Shown one piece after another: positions 28,703 to 42,111 of a DNA stretch of 64,000 nt. This DNA is from Eledone cirrhosa. Its lineage: Eukaryota. The notes under the pieces were generated by a model. The model ran no database searches, was not told where the DNA came from, and saw only the letters and a program-made list of their open reading frames with translations. The position numbers were made by a program, and so were the translations under genes. The DNA is taken from assembly GCA_964016885.1 (NCBI GenBank), contig OZ024755.1, forward strand, positions 3,348,001 through 3,412,000, read 5' to 3'. Numbering within the stretch: position 1 is the first letter of the stretch; each line of letters opens with the position of its first letter.

Positions 28703-31700
28703 TTAGTATGTGTACCATATCCATATGTTTTAAATGTCCAAGTTAGAAGATCAGATATATATATATATATACATACATTTATATATATATCACCATCATT
28801 ATTTAACGTCCTTCTTCCATGCGCTAGCATATGAATATAAAATGATGACGATATTCAATATAGAATAACTGAAACAAGTGGTGTCCTAGCAGCCAGCAAA
28901 ATGCTGTTGACTAGATTGAAACACCAACCTCTTTAATCATTACATTTCTATATTTCATTGAAACTCGTGCTGCATTCTTCTTAGATTCTTCAACCCTTCA
29001 ACTTTCTGTTTGTTTTTTTTAGAACCAGACAAATTTTGCAATCATCCGAGGAAGTGGACATGTTGTGGCAGAAATTTCAGCAGCAGGCATCACTACCTTC
29101 TCTTGATAATAGTCTTGACAACAGCCGTTTAGAACAGATACAGTATCTTGTGAAGAACCCGACCCAGGCATTGATACGCCGTTCTATTAACATGTTGGAG
29201 GAAAAGAGACAGCAACAGGCTGAGATAGCTGAACAGAAGCTGGAATTTCAGAGACAAGAGCTGTTGAGACAAAAGCTTGAAGATATTGATGTATCCACTC
29301 AAAGTTCCGTTAGTTTGTATACCAGTGATGCGGAGTCAATTTACAGTGTTTCAGAAAAGAGTGAGTCAATGTCTGCATCATATTGGCCTGTAGAAAGAAG
29401 CGGCGTCAATGTTGTTGGAAATGGATCTCTTGACCCAATGATTGTCAAACTGAGGAAAAAGATTGAGAAGCAGCGTAAGAAGTGTGAACTTATGAAGAAA
29501 AAAGATAAAGCTAGTGAAGAGAAACTGCGTAAACTAACAAATATTTTAGTTACACGACAGATGAATGATCTTATCTTGGCTTCAGAGATGAACAGTTTGT
29601 CCACGACATCCACTGCAACGTGTATAACTAACTCAACTATGGAATCAACTGGGTTGGCTTCTTCCAAGAAGATACCTTGGCATTCCCAACATTGCGGTAA
29701 ATGTAGAACCTGCAGTGAAAGGTTGGCCTCAAAACCTAGACATGGCTTGAGAGTTAAACAGCCTAAACGGCCACACCGTGAAGTATCTACAAACTTCCAT
29801 TCGAAGTGTACTGCGAGGAGCACTGAATCAAAGTTTGGAATGTCGTCTCTTCCTGTTGGCAAGACTTCAAGTGACCGCAGTATAAAACATCTGACAGATG
29901 ATGATGATGATCCAGTAGATAATAATAGACATCGTTGCATTATGTTGGCCCCAACTTCCTGTGGTGGCTTTACAGAGAAACGAAAACCTCTCACTAGGAA
30001 AACCAGATCAAAACAAGACGCTATGACTATGGTACGCTCACCTTTGACTGTCTGCGATGTAAACTTTAATAATTCTGTTAGCCAAGAAGACTTGCGTAAA
30101 ATATCTGTGGCTGTGCAAACATCTCCATTACTTGTAAATAATACTGGACATGAAACTGCAGTTGATTATATTCCTCCATCAAATATGAAAACTACTTGTA
30201 AGTTTTACTCTTTCTACATTTTAACTTAATTTATTACATGTGTGTGTGTATATATCATCATCATCATCATTTTACGTCCACTTTTCCCTGCTTGCAAGGG
30301 TGGGGCGGGAACTGATTCTGGCTTGATTTCTACAGCTGGATGCCTTTCCTAACACCAACCATTTATCCAACCACCAATCATTTACAGTGAGTGCTGGGTG
30401 CTTTTTTTGCAGTGGAATGATATGGACCGTAATCCCTATCATCTCATATCTAACAAATTTAATATAGAAATGGCTTCTACAGGACAAGAACTGTTTCATT
30501 GAGATGTCTAAGTATTACAGACAAATAACTTTTTAATTGATATATATATATATTTATTAAAATAACAGATTAAAGTTTAAGCAAAGAATCGCTGCTTTCA
30601 CCCTTAACGGGATCTTCTGAAACTATTTGCTCTATGGATATTTGATATATATTTATCCTTATCAAGCCCTCTTCACATTTTAGTCTTCACATTTATTATT
30701 ATTATTACATTATATCCCCTTTTTTTTTATTTGTCTGAAGACTTTCTTTTTTCCATGTTTCTCGTCTCTCAGCAAGCCATGAAATCCCGGTTACACCTAA
30801 ACCCTGTCCTGTTGAAGACATCAAAGTTATACCAGTGCCTTTTATGTGGACTCCTAAGAAACAGAAATCAAAGAACAAAGCTGTCCACTCAGTTGACAGT
30901 CATCATAGCAGTCAGAAGAAGAAAATAGCAGAAAAAGGTATCATCATTATTATCATCATTGTTATTATCACTACCACTGTCGTCATCATTTATTGTGTTT
31001 CCCTTTCTAGCAGGGATTATATTCCACTCCCACCCTCAGGGCCATCTGAAAGGGCAGCCAAGTGGTACATTTCATTTACAGATGCTCTCGTACTGTACAG
31101 GGTACATTTTAGAGATGTTGCTGTTAAAATGCCATAAAGTGTCCTGACGACATTGTGTAATAAAATTGCCAGGTATTTCAGTTTGTTACAAGCAGCATGA
31201 CATCTTGAGCAAGTGTCTTTACCATAGCAGTTACTGGTTGATCCAAGATTTGTGAGTGTCCTGGTGGGGTGGGTCTTATTTTGCATTTAAGTTTTTTTAC
31301 TTTTATTTTTCATTTTCATTTTTTTTTTTTATGCTTTGTTTTATCTCAGTTCTAAATGTTGTTCTTTTCTTGTTGTAGACAACAGAGCTGAAACATGGTT
31401 TGTCTCTCTTTCTGAGATGAATATGAGCCAAACTGATCTCAAATGTAAACCAACTTGTACTTCCAACAGTAAAAGAAACTGGACACGTGTGAAGAGTGGT
31501 TCAACCCAGTTGGATGGTATGAAGAAAGTTTCCAGACAGAAAGATCCAATTCCTGTCATCTTCAATAACTCATTCGACAACCATTCTGCTCAGAGCAACA
31601 GAGGAACATTGCAGGTGATAGGTCCTTTCTTCTTTGTTGGAATGGGTTGAAAGGTCACATGGTCACACACAGTGTCTTGTCATTTGTCATGCTTCTCTCT

Positions 31701-33112
31701 CATCTAGTACACACTGCAAGAGTTGGTTGCAATACTGAGAAGGACCCGCCAAACCCATTCAAACATGGAACAACGGACATAAAATGATGATGATGTTCCA
31801 CTTAGACATAGATGATTTGGGGCTAAACATCATCATTTTATGTCTGTTTTTCCATGCTTGCATGTGTTGGACAGGTCATCTCCAGCATGGCTTGCCTTTA
31901 CTCATTGTTCTGTGAGGTTCAGCATTTTAAGGCCAGCTTTAACCACTTATGTCTACGTCTTCCTTGACCCTCCTCTACTGTGGCTCCATTCCGTTGGGCA
32001 TCTCTTCAACAACAAAGCATCACCATGACGGGATATACATTGATGTTGCTTTTTATTTACAATACATTTCAGGAAGCCTTTCAGAACTACATGCAGAATT
32101 GGATATCACGGTGCAGGGAACGACAGAAACGGATTTCTTTAGCTGCACAAGAGCGGCGTTACCAGTTGCAAATGGAAATGGAACGTAACAGAATCTTTGA
32201 AAATAAGAAACCTTCAACAGTTTTGTCTGACAATGATCTTATCTGTGGTAAGGATTTCTCAACATCTTCTCAATAATATATTTGGTTAGAACTCAAGTGG
32301 AGCTACTGACCTCACAGATAGACTAGGGTCTTCATCTCATTTATTTATGTTCCCACACTCTAGTGAGTCTGCATCTCTTTTAACCCTTTAGCATTCACAT
32401 TACTCTATATTTACTATTGTATTTTCATGGTAAACACGTTCTGATATTATTCATTTTGCAAACAATACCTTTTACCAGTTACAGCTGGTTTAAATGTTGA
32501 GGCCATTTCTTTGATGCTGTTGTTGTTGTTTTCTAATATATTTAAATTCTATTTTAGAAAATCTTTACAAACCAAGGAAGAGAGAGTTTTCCAAACAAGA
32601 AATGAAAGAATTAAATTGGAAGTAAGTTAACTTATTTTACTTTATTAAACCTAACAGTATTGTGATGATGATGAACTGCAACAGTTTCTTTCTTCTACCT
32701 TAACAGGCGTTACAGGAATCTTCCAGAGGTGATAAATCGAAAGGTTGAACAAACCCGCAGAGTCCAGTATAAATGTAACAAAACCAAAAGTCGGGTGTTC
32801 AGTATGGTATGTATAACTAAATAATGTTTTTTATTGTGGCTCCTGTTATGATATATGTATACAGCACCCAGTCCACCCTGTAAAGTGGTCCTGCTGGTGA
32901 CATGACAAAAAAACACCCAACCCACCTGGTAAATTGGTTGAGTTGGTGATACATCAAAAAGAGCCCAGTCCACCTTGTGAAGTGGTCCAACTGTATTGCC
33001 ACTTTATCAATGTCCTGCTCTATTCCTGTATTTAATTATTTATTCTTTTATGTTTTTGTTTTAACAGAAAGTACAGAGAAATGTATTAAACAAAATTAGT
33101 AGAAAGATCTGA
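18193..33112 (+). CDS. ALMS1: Alstrom syndrome protein 1 orthologue (centrosome/basal body protein), about 2760 aa, 16 coding exons
   Basis: Phase-consistent GT-AG exons: 18193-18210, 20007-20222, 20813-25716, 25841-25905, 26073-26259, 26664-26779, 27137-27297, 27651-28244, 28573-28634, 29023-30197, 30773-30937, 31379-31614, 32073-32247, 32558-32621, 32707-32806, 33068-33112 (8283 nt, ends TGA). The spliced protein carries ALMS1 blocks LQPYKPAGSRDWYY...TTMESGDTGSDDAIGPHF...LGSR...GIYS and TWFV, plus the C-terminal ALMS motif TLQEAF...WISRCRERQKRI...ENLYKPRKREFSKQEMK...YRNLPEV. The 18-nt first exon (MEEESK) is the least certain. Confidence 0.9.
18936..19062. mobile_element. Tc1/mariner-type MITE
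   Basis: Terminal inverted repeats CAGGGTGGCCCAAAAGTC / GACTTTTGGGCCAGCCTG, with TA on the right flank. Confidence 0.6.
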
Positions 33113-33159
33113 GAATTCCCACACTTCTGCCTTATATAGAAGCTGCTGTAACAGACGTG

Positions 33160-33193
<34 letters not shown>

Positions 33194-33315
33194 TATATGT
33201 CTATATATAAGTGTATGTATGCTTATGTATATATATATAAAAATGTATGTACATAATGTCCATATATATTGTATCATATTGTATAATATGGATATATAAA
33301 TCCTATTATATTTTC

Positions 33316-33321
33316 AATAAA
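33316..33321 (+). terminator. Likely ALMS1 polyadenylation signal
   Basis: AATAAA about 200 nt after the stop codon, followed by T-rich sequence. Confidence 0.55.
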
Positions 33322-33734
33322 CGATTTTTTCATATGCACCATTCTAGATTTTATTTATTAACCTGTCCTTTTTCTTATGGTAATGCAATGATTCTGCAGA
33401 AATAGTCAAGCGCTAAGCTTATTTCTTTGTCATATCACTTCATGTATCCTAAATCCCATCTAAGAATGTAGGGAGAAAGGTTTGCAGGCATGGCTATTTC
33501 CAGTCGAGTCCCAGCTCGCTGCCATTGGAATAACAGGAAGAGAGAAAAAGGCTGCAGTTTGCATTGCAGGATGAGGGAGGTAGCAGAAAGCCATGAGGCG
33601 AAGATGGGCAGTAATTTGGTCACCAATGTGAAGGTTGAGGTTAAAAACACCCAGGATTTAGTAATATAACTAAATTTCTCATTATTTATGACTCATATAA
33701 TTAGTGCCATTGTCTGACAGTCATAGACTATTAA

Positions 33735-33923
33735 CCCTTTAGCATTTAAGTTACTCTATATATACTATTGTATTTTCACAGTAAACACTTTATTTCACAT
33801 CATATCGAATCTGAGATTTTGAGAACAATACCTTAACATGAGTATGAGTGGCCAGTTATGGCTGATTTGAACAGAAAGAGGTGAGAAAACTGGCCGGATA
33901 TGGCCGGTTTAAATGCTAAAGAG
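33735..33923. mobile_element. TTAA-targeting (piggyBac-like) MITE
   Basis: TTAA-CCCTTTAGCATTTAA ... TTAAATGCTAAAGAG. Related copies lie at about 26800-27010, 32380-32495, 41240-41373 and 55725-55810. Confidence 0.65.
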
Positions 33924-34069
33924 TTTGAAGTCAGAGTACAGAAGATTAAAAAAGAAGTCTAGCAACCTCTTCTAGAGAACAAAAACTAACATTCTCCTAG
34001 AAATAAAAAAAGAGAGTATATTATTTTTTATGATGATGATCTTGGCTTTAAGTATTTTTATTTCTCAGT

Positions 34070-37000
34070 CTAAAAACAAATACTGAGTACACAGGAAGAA
34101 TCCATGAGACACCTGACAGGTAACAAAGTATAGAGGGCAATTCCTAAAGTTTCAAGTTCATTTTGTAATTTTGTGTAATCAAAGAAATCTTTAAGATAGA
34201 AAACTTTTATTGTTGGAATATCAGCCCATGTTGTATTGACTTCTTTGATTAAGTTGTTAATAATGGTAAAAAGTTCACTTAATGCTGTGTCTTCTGAAAT
34301 AGAATCTGTTGTCAAAATAGAACCTTTCAAGGCCAAGATTTTATTACATTCATAAATGCGATATTCTAAATGGACGCTGCCGGATGTAATAGTATATTCC
34401 TGTTGTATAATGTCACTTTGTTCAGTTAAGTGTGCTCTACAATCCCATTCAATATGAGCATTCCTGGGCAAACCCGATAAAACGACAATCTGTAGAATTG
34501 GACTTAGTTCAGAAGAATTAGAGAAATCTTCATCCAAGCTTAACATACGGTTCCATTCATCTTTGGCTAACTGAAGGAATGTTTTACCTGTAACATAGCA
34601 GATACACAAAGTAATATTTTGAAAAGTACACTCTGTATGCATAGCTTTCAGAATTCGATGTATGTGTCGTAAAGATAGTCTAGCTTCGGTTTTAATATTA
34701 AATGGTTCTGGAAATTGCATAGTTGCTGGACACAGTCCTATTTGTCCAGCTACAAAAATGCACATGTTAATTTTCACTGCTTGGCTGTATGGTCCGATGT
34801 TTGCTGGAGCCCAATGTGAAATACTTTGCACATGCATAGTATGTCTAGCTGGATGATGTATTTGAGAGTTACCAGCCACATCCATCTTCAAGAATACATT
34901 CGATGGTAAATCCATTTCAACACAAACACGGACAGGAGGGTTAGTCCCAAAATGTTTCTTATAAATGCTATTAATTACACTGTAATTTTCCATGTTTTTT
35001 ATATATAAATGAACAGAGTAAATATTTTTCATACTAGAAGATTTAAAGTGAGACAGTGATTCTTTTAGTGATTCCATTACTTGCTGGCTTGCAGCTTCTA
35101 CATTTCCTCCAGAAACTTCTCCAGAACCAACAAGGTTAGCAATCCAAAAAAATTCATTTGATTCTTTGATTAAAGGAGGTTTAATCTCTATTGGAACAAG
35201 ATCTTCAGCAGCACATTCTTCCTCTGACTTCTCAAACTGTAAACTTTTTTGTTCTTCAGCAGAAAAGAGTTCCTCAATTAATAATTTACTGAATTTCATC
35301 GGCAAATCTAATACAGATTCATTTCTATCATCTTTATCTTCAAGATGCAGTGATTTGAAATTGATATACCCCACGGGAGCAAAAGCATCATCTGAATGAC
35401 ACACAACATCAGTGTCATCAATTACTATCTTTTTCTTAAACAGTGGACAATCAAGAGTGAATGTTTCATACTCTCCACCTTCTCCACAAATATTTAAACC
35501 ATATTTATGCTGAAGTTTAACCATACTTGGAAATATTTCTTTCAATGAAAGTCCGAGGTGTTTCTCAGGTAGCAGCCCCATGGCTGCAACTTTAATAATT
35601 ATTGCATGTACTTTGGCATCAATCATTTCAGCAAGGAGTTCTTGTTGGTCTCGGCGCCACAGATAAGCAAGAACTGTCAGTCCAAGACGGCTGCAGACGT
35701 TTTCAACACGGACACGTTGATAATCAGAAAGTATGGCTCCCACCGACACAGCGTTGACTTCTTTGACTTGGTCCATTACCAATTTTAACAGATTATACAA
35801 ATCTTCAACTTCATCTCCTTCGGTCAGTTCATAATCCCTTTCTATTTTTTTGGAGCTCCCCTTTATGGTTCTCTGATACAACGGTACGCCCATAGCTTCT
35901 CCATATAAGTCTACAGCATGATGACCAACAGTCTGTAGTGAAAAACATGTATGTGTTAATAAATTATTCATAATCAGTGAAGCAGAGATGAGCTGGGTAT
36001 AAATGGAATCATATGTTGCATGCAAGATAGAAGACTGCGCTGGTATCTACATGATGATCGTTGGATGAAGAAGTGCCAGGAGTTCCCAGAGAATGTAGAG
36101 GAAGACATGGGTAGATGTGGTGAGATTGAAAATGTTGATGTTCAATTTAAATTGTTGCAAGTTGACTCCTTCAGGAAAGACGTGTGCCAGGAAAGTATTC
36201 AAGACAATATGACATCTGGGGAGGAAGGAATGGACTGTGTGGTTAGTGAAGGGTCTGGAGAGTAGGACAATGATATGGTGGACTAAATCTCTTCAAGCCG
36301 GTGCCCCAGCATGGCCGCAGTCTTACGAGAGAAAATAGTATAGGAAAGGAATAAATAAAAAATATTCTCAACACTTTTATCAATAATATAGTCGGTAGAG
36401 CACTGGACAACTATCGGAGAAGGGATTATCAGCGTGTCTCTTGTTTATATCAACAGCGGTAATGTTGTGACATCAGCCTTACGTGTGTAGAAATAACGCA
36501 ATAATAACTAGAGAAAAATTTAACAGACAAAGGGAAGTAAATCTTGAAACATTCAGTAAGAGTCTTGCACGAATTCTTTCCCCTTGAATCATACTCAAAT
36601 CGGTTTTGTAGTTGCGATATAATGACACCAAGTCTCTATTGGACGCTCGACCAGGTAAAAATGTCTTGAATAAAATAAATAAAACTATACTAAGAAACGC
36701 GAACTTATTCGCCATAATCACACTCCTAACACATCTAATGAAAACGTACGTAACTTCGTACAAACCCTTTTAACAATCGCTGTTGTCCAAGGCGATACTA
36801 TACTCAATAGATAATTTTACAACAGTTCTAATAAAAGTAATACTAACTTTCTAACAATTTGTAGAATATAGTATCATGCCTGCACCAATGACAGAGATAG
36901 ATACTGAAAAGAAAACGCTGTTAAAAACCTAACTAAAAAAAAAAGTCCTGAAATGGGAAAAAAAATAATACGAGAGAATATATGCTGTATTTTATATTTG

Positions 37001-39552
37001 ATGAAATAATCGAACTAACATTTTATTATCATAATACAAACATAAGATTAAATAGAAATACAAACATATTATTAATTAATTATTGCTAGGGCTAGGAATC
37101 TTAAATATATAATTGTTTCTACTTTGGCCACATGGCCAGCAATTATCCCAGTACATTACTGGTACTTTATTTTATCGACCTCGTGTATATATATATATAT
37201 ATATATAATACACACAAATATACGATCAAAGCTGAAAAAAAGAAAAGAAAAAAAAATCAATTCAACACTAAATGCGTTAGTCACAAGGGACATTGGAAAT
37301 AATTAAAATAACATTAGTTAATGACAATTAAAACAACATTAGTTAATGACTAATATTGTTTAGAGACATCATTTATGTGGGAACAATAGTTTAATTAGTG
37401 TTAGCTTTTAATGCAATAAACAATAAAATATGTTAATAAAAAAATACTTATGTAATAATTTCTGAGGCTTTTGAAGGTTGTATTCGTTCAAAACATATCA
37501 ACGGGCCCTGGCTCGGGTTAATATCCCACAGTTCTGGAGCCGACTGGTTTATCCAGAAGTGATGGGAAGAGACCAGACGGTCTTACCCTTTGTCCATGGG
37601 CGAGGGGTAGGTGTCTCATCTGGGATGCCACAGTCAGTGACTCTTTTGCTCCCTCCCACACAATGGACGCCGCGATGAATGTGGGGGGTCATGGCTTCCG
37701 CTGCCGAACGGATTAAAATTCGGAAATACCAGGGACTTATCAAACAATTATTTTTTCCAGCCTGTGGCGTTCGAGACGTTCGGTGGAGTTGGGTCGTTGA
37801 CAGCGAAGTTCTTGTCTTCATTGGCAGCTTGCCCTACTGAGGTGCCAGGTGATGCCCGTGAGGGTACTTGGTTATTTCAGCATCTTAGCCTCGCCATCAC
37901 CCAACCTTACTGAGGTGTCAGGTGATGGCCGCGAGGGTACCTGGTTATTTCAGCACCTTAACCTCGCCATCACCCATGGTAATGCTGCAAGTGTGTTGGC
38001 TTGCCTGAAAGTGTACAGTTAACCCCCAAGGTGTGAGGTGTTGCAGATTGTCACACTTGGTGGTGAATTCCACCACCACCACCCTTCTTTCTTTCTTTCC
38101 TTTATCATTTTTGTTCAAGTTATATACGGTTTAGATATAATTGTCCTGAACGGATTGCGAGCAATTTTTGGTGTTATTTACGCATTTGTTATATTATTTA
38201 TGTATATATTTGAAACACATTTGCAACGTTATTCTACTGTAAATTTATACCACTATAATAAAAAAAAAATTAAAGAAAAAGAAGATATTTCTTGCAATTA
38301 GAAATCAGAGGAAAAACAAAATTCACTCCGATAGCGAGGTGGGTGTAAATGTAAAAATTAACTTAACTACGGGATACCCCTTACGACATTATCAAAGTAT
38401 TTATATTTATATTTTGGGGGAAATACGTATTTTTCTTTTAGACTACTTCAAAATTTCCAGCAATGAATAACACGGATATTATATTCAAAATCTTTTATGT
38501 ATTTAAAACATATAAATCCAGTAAAATATTCAAAATAAAAGAAGTTACGAGGCGGTGTTTGAGATGATAAAAACACGTGTGGAGTTCTAGAGTCTGTGGT
38601 AATATATAAAACTATATGAAGAATCTCGAAATAATGTAATATTGTACAATACTAGTTGAGCTCTGTGTGTATAGAAATAACTTGGAATATCTAATTTTTT
38701 TTTATTTTGATGATAATAAATGATTTATATATCGTCTGCCACAAAGGCGTGTGTGATTCTCTCTCGCTCCACACACATATATATATATATATATATTAGT
38801 ATTATACCAGTTTTAAACTAGTAAGACCATTATTTAGCAGAGTACTCGATATTTAGGATAGTAAAGTGTGTAAATAGTAGAGAACCAGGGCTGTGCGGCT
38901 GAGCTTTTGCCGCCTCGACAGCAAATTCCAGACTAGAATATATATATATTTATATTTTACTAATTTCCACTCATATATATATATATATATATTATGAAGT
39001 AAAATTAGATGTGTGTTGGTGTGGTAAGCACGAATCATTAAAAATAACAACACATCATTTACGTAAATATGATTGCTTGAAATCATAGCCATGTGGAATC
39101 ATAGCCATCCCTATATCCACTGTTTTGTATAGAACCTTACTTCCCTTTTCTGATATATATATATATATACACATGCACAGGGTTCGTCTTAGCAGTCGTT
39201 CGACTTGCTAGAAATAGGAGCCAAGTCTCGTTTAAATACTATTATACTGTACTTAAATAAAAAACGATGAATTGATGAAAGTAATCTCAGTAATATGTTA
39301 ACAGATGGGATTGTCACGACTAGATCCCAGTTAAACATAGGTTTGTTAAATAATGAGGTTTTTAACCGAAGTCAAAATGAATAACATTCGCACTAAAAAA
39401 AGGAAGTTTACCTGAAACATATAACTGTCCATTTCGTCTACATTGTGTGGTCTTAAATTTGCCAAAGCTACAATTTCGTGGCCTTCTGCCACACATTGCA
39501 TCATATTGTAAGTACTGTCTTTACCACCACTGATTAAGGCGACAACTTTCAT
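34070..39552 (-). CDS. DPH6: Diphthine--ammonia ligase (diphthamide synthetase) with C-terminal YjgF/RidA-like domains, 667 aa, 2 coding exons
   Basis: Exon 1 39552-39412 ([15 protein letters not shown]-loop ...DSYMFQ, donor GTAAAC) joins in phase 0 to exon 2 35932-34070 (TVGHH..., [38 protein letters not shown]). The C-terminal half has [35 protein letters not shown] and LPRNAHIEW, typical of the YjgF-like extension. Confidence 0.95.
37835..37976. repeat. 73-bp tandem duplication in a GC-rich island in the DPH6 intron
   Basis: TACTGAGGTG(C/T)CAGGTGATG...CCTCGCCATCACCCA at 37835 and 37908. Confidence 0.85.
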
Positions 39553-41943
39553 GTTTAATTACTACAGTTAAGACATTCAGAAGAAATCTTCTTCGAATTA
39601 GTCGAGTGTTAAGAAAAGTTACTTCCCTTTGTTCCCTCTCCCTCTTTCTTTCTCTCTCTCTAGTAATAATTATTTTAATTGCAATACAAAAAACAGGGAC
39701 AGCGGGAGTTAACATAGAACGTGTAATAAAAGATAAACGGAAATAATTATCAATGACAGTGCCCCAGCATGGCCACAGGTTGTCGGCTGAAGTACGTAAT
39801 AGAGCAACGGAGTAACAATAAATTAATAACAATAAAATTCCCCAACAGGGTGGAAGTACCACCCCTGGGCAACCTAGGAACCCCAAAGGGCCTAAACCAC
39901 CCTAATCCCTAAGAGCACTATTGGAAGGTGCTCCTCTCTTTAAATTCAACTGCCTACAGGTGCATAGTCAGGGTAGGTCTATTCACTCAGGCCATCCTCG
40001 TTACATTCACACACCTTTTAACAAATCTACTGGGAGTCAGCACTGTCCTCTCCACTCTCACCTTTCTTTCCAAGCGGAACTTGAACAATTTGATAAGAGG
40101 AAGAGGAAAGTATTATTTCACATAAATATACATACAAATAAAAACAATTTATATTTTAATAAAAGAGAGAGAATGGGGAGAAACTATGCAGTCTTAATCC
40201 CACACCACAGCAAAGGCAGCACTTGTCCCAGGGGGTTCAACCAGAGAGGGCGACAGTCTGGTGATGTTGTGCTGAAGTTCTTCAGTCAGTTTTTCAAACC
40301 TTGCGTTACAATCTTTGACCCCCTTTCACTCTTGTTATTATTTGCATATTCTAGAATGTTTTCTAACAGAGTTTCATGTGTTACATGATGTTATTTATTT
40401 ATTTAATCAATTTATACATCCATATAGAGCTAGAAAGCCATGACAGCCTGAGGGAAGTATCTAGTATTTCTTACAGTTGAGAAACAAGACAAACCAAAAA
40501 TAGACAGACATAAGTGAATATAAAAATAAAGTTTAAAATAAAATAAATGAAATAGGGAAGACCAGCTGGAGGCAAAATAAGCATTAAAAAAAGCTAAAGA
40601 AAAAATTGGAGGCAATGGAAGGAGTAGAACAACTAGAAGGTTCTGTTAATATAAAGAGTTTATTTTTACTTTCATGTCAGATAGAGAATTGGTGTGGACT
40701 TTACCAAAAAGTACAACAGCAAAACAATTATTATTTAGATTATCTTAACACTGAAAATTTGTTCTTATCAATTTGAGAAAAGATTTGTACTAGCTTTTAA
40801 ATATTCTAAATAAACATTGCTTTTTTAGTGAAGTTCAGAAGAATTGTATTGCTTCTTCTTTAGCCAGGTCAAGAACCAGTTTTTAATCTTTCTTGTGACT
40901 AAGAGCTGATTGTTATAACTTGAGCCATGAATTGAACCCAGACAATGAAAAACTAAGAATTCATGTTAAACAATAATCTATTTTATTTACACAAATAGTC
41001 AAAAGACTTGTGGACCCTGTGCTGTTGATAATGTATTGAATGTATTTCAATTTTTCGAGTCCACGATTCGTATGCCATATCATCATCATCATCGTTTAAT
41101 GTCCATTTTCTTTGCTAGCATGGGTGAAGCAAGTTGTTCCATTAGGGCAAACTGGGTCAAGTGACCATGTCTTGCTCATGTAGAACTGTTTCTTGCTAGG
41201 TTTCTATGACTGGATGCCCTTCCTAATGCCAACCATGTTAAGGTATTATTCTCAAAATAAATAATATGAAAATTTTGTAGATTCGATATTATGTGAGATA
41301 ATTATGTGAAATAAAGTATTTACTATAAAAATACAATAGTAACTATAGAGTAATGTAAATGCTAAAGAGTTAAGCTAAATTTAGGCCAATGCTTCAGTAT
41401 AACTCATAACTTTCATTTTTTTAAACTGTTGCTACTATTATTTTATTTGACAGTCAACAAAGACTTCTTTTTTAAAAGTTGTTTTGCAACAGCCTCTTTA
41501 TTTGTTTTAATATTTTATATATTTTTACAAAGTTGATCAAGTACAACTATGTTCATTTTTCTGTTGTGGTTAACTTATGTTGTAACAACGCCCCCAAAAA
41601 GTTCAGTCATATGATTTCAAATAAATAATGTGATGAATCGGCAGTCACTCAAGCGGCTGACAAAATAAATATTTTGCTGTATTTGATCCAGTTTTCTTTA
41701 CTCTTAGTTCAAATTTAGTTCATTCTTCCCCTCCTCCGCCTTCCCCTCTGAGACAGTCATGATGGCAGAAACCTCAGACATGCCATCCAGAGGGTCCTAT
41801 TAGCAGCAACCATCTCCAAATGACCCAGCTGAATCCTCAAACATGACCCACCATTCGTGCTAGTTGTCTACGTTTGGGTCTTGTACCATTTGGTTTTGCC
41901 CGTAAAATCTATCCAGTGATTTTTTCCTAAGATGTATATATAT

Positions 41944-41990
41944 ATTCCTGATGATTTCTAATGAATGAAACAGTTCTAGTCCTGTAGAAT
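41944..41990 (+). ncRNA. Minimal hammerhead ribozyme core
   Basis: ATTC-CTGATGA-(T TTC TAAT GAA T)-GAAA-CAG-TTCTAGTC-CTG-TA-GAAT: all three stems and the conserved core are present, with a GUA triplet. Stem II has a U-U first pair. Confidence 0.55.
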
Positions 41991-42076
41991 CTCATCTATA
42001 TTAAAACTTTTATACTCTGCTATGTATTGAGTACCTTACTTACTGTGGTTACCTCCGATTCAACCCGGAATAACGT

Positions 42077-42111
<35 letters not shown>

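Noticed and set aside
29341-29994. 217-aa antisense ORF
   Set aside because: Shadow of ALMS1 exon 10 with no independent signals.
35933-36025. N-terminal 31 aa of the 651-aa ORF as the DPH6 start
   Set aside because: Intronic, partly LINE-derived sequence. The true N-terminus with the PP-loop is at 39552.
39921-40388. 155-aa ORF
   Set aside because: TTG start, no recognisable domain and no splice support.
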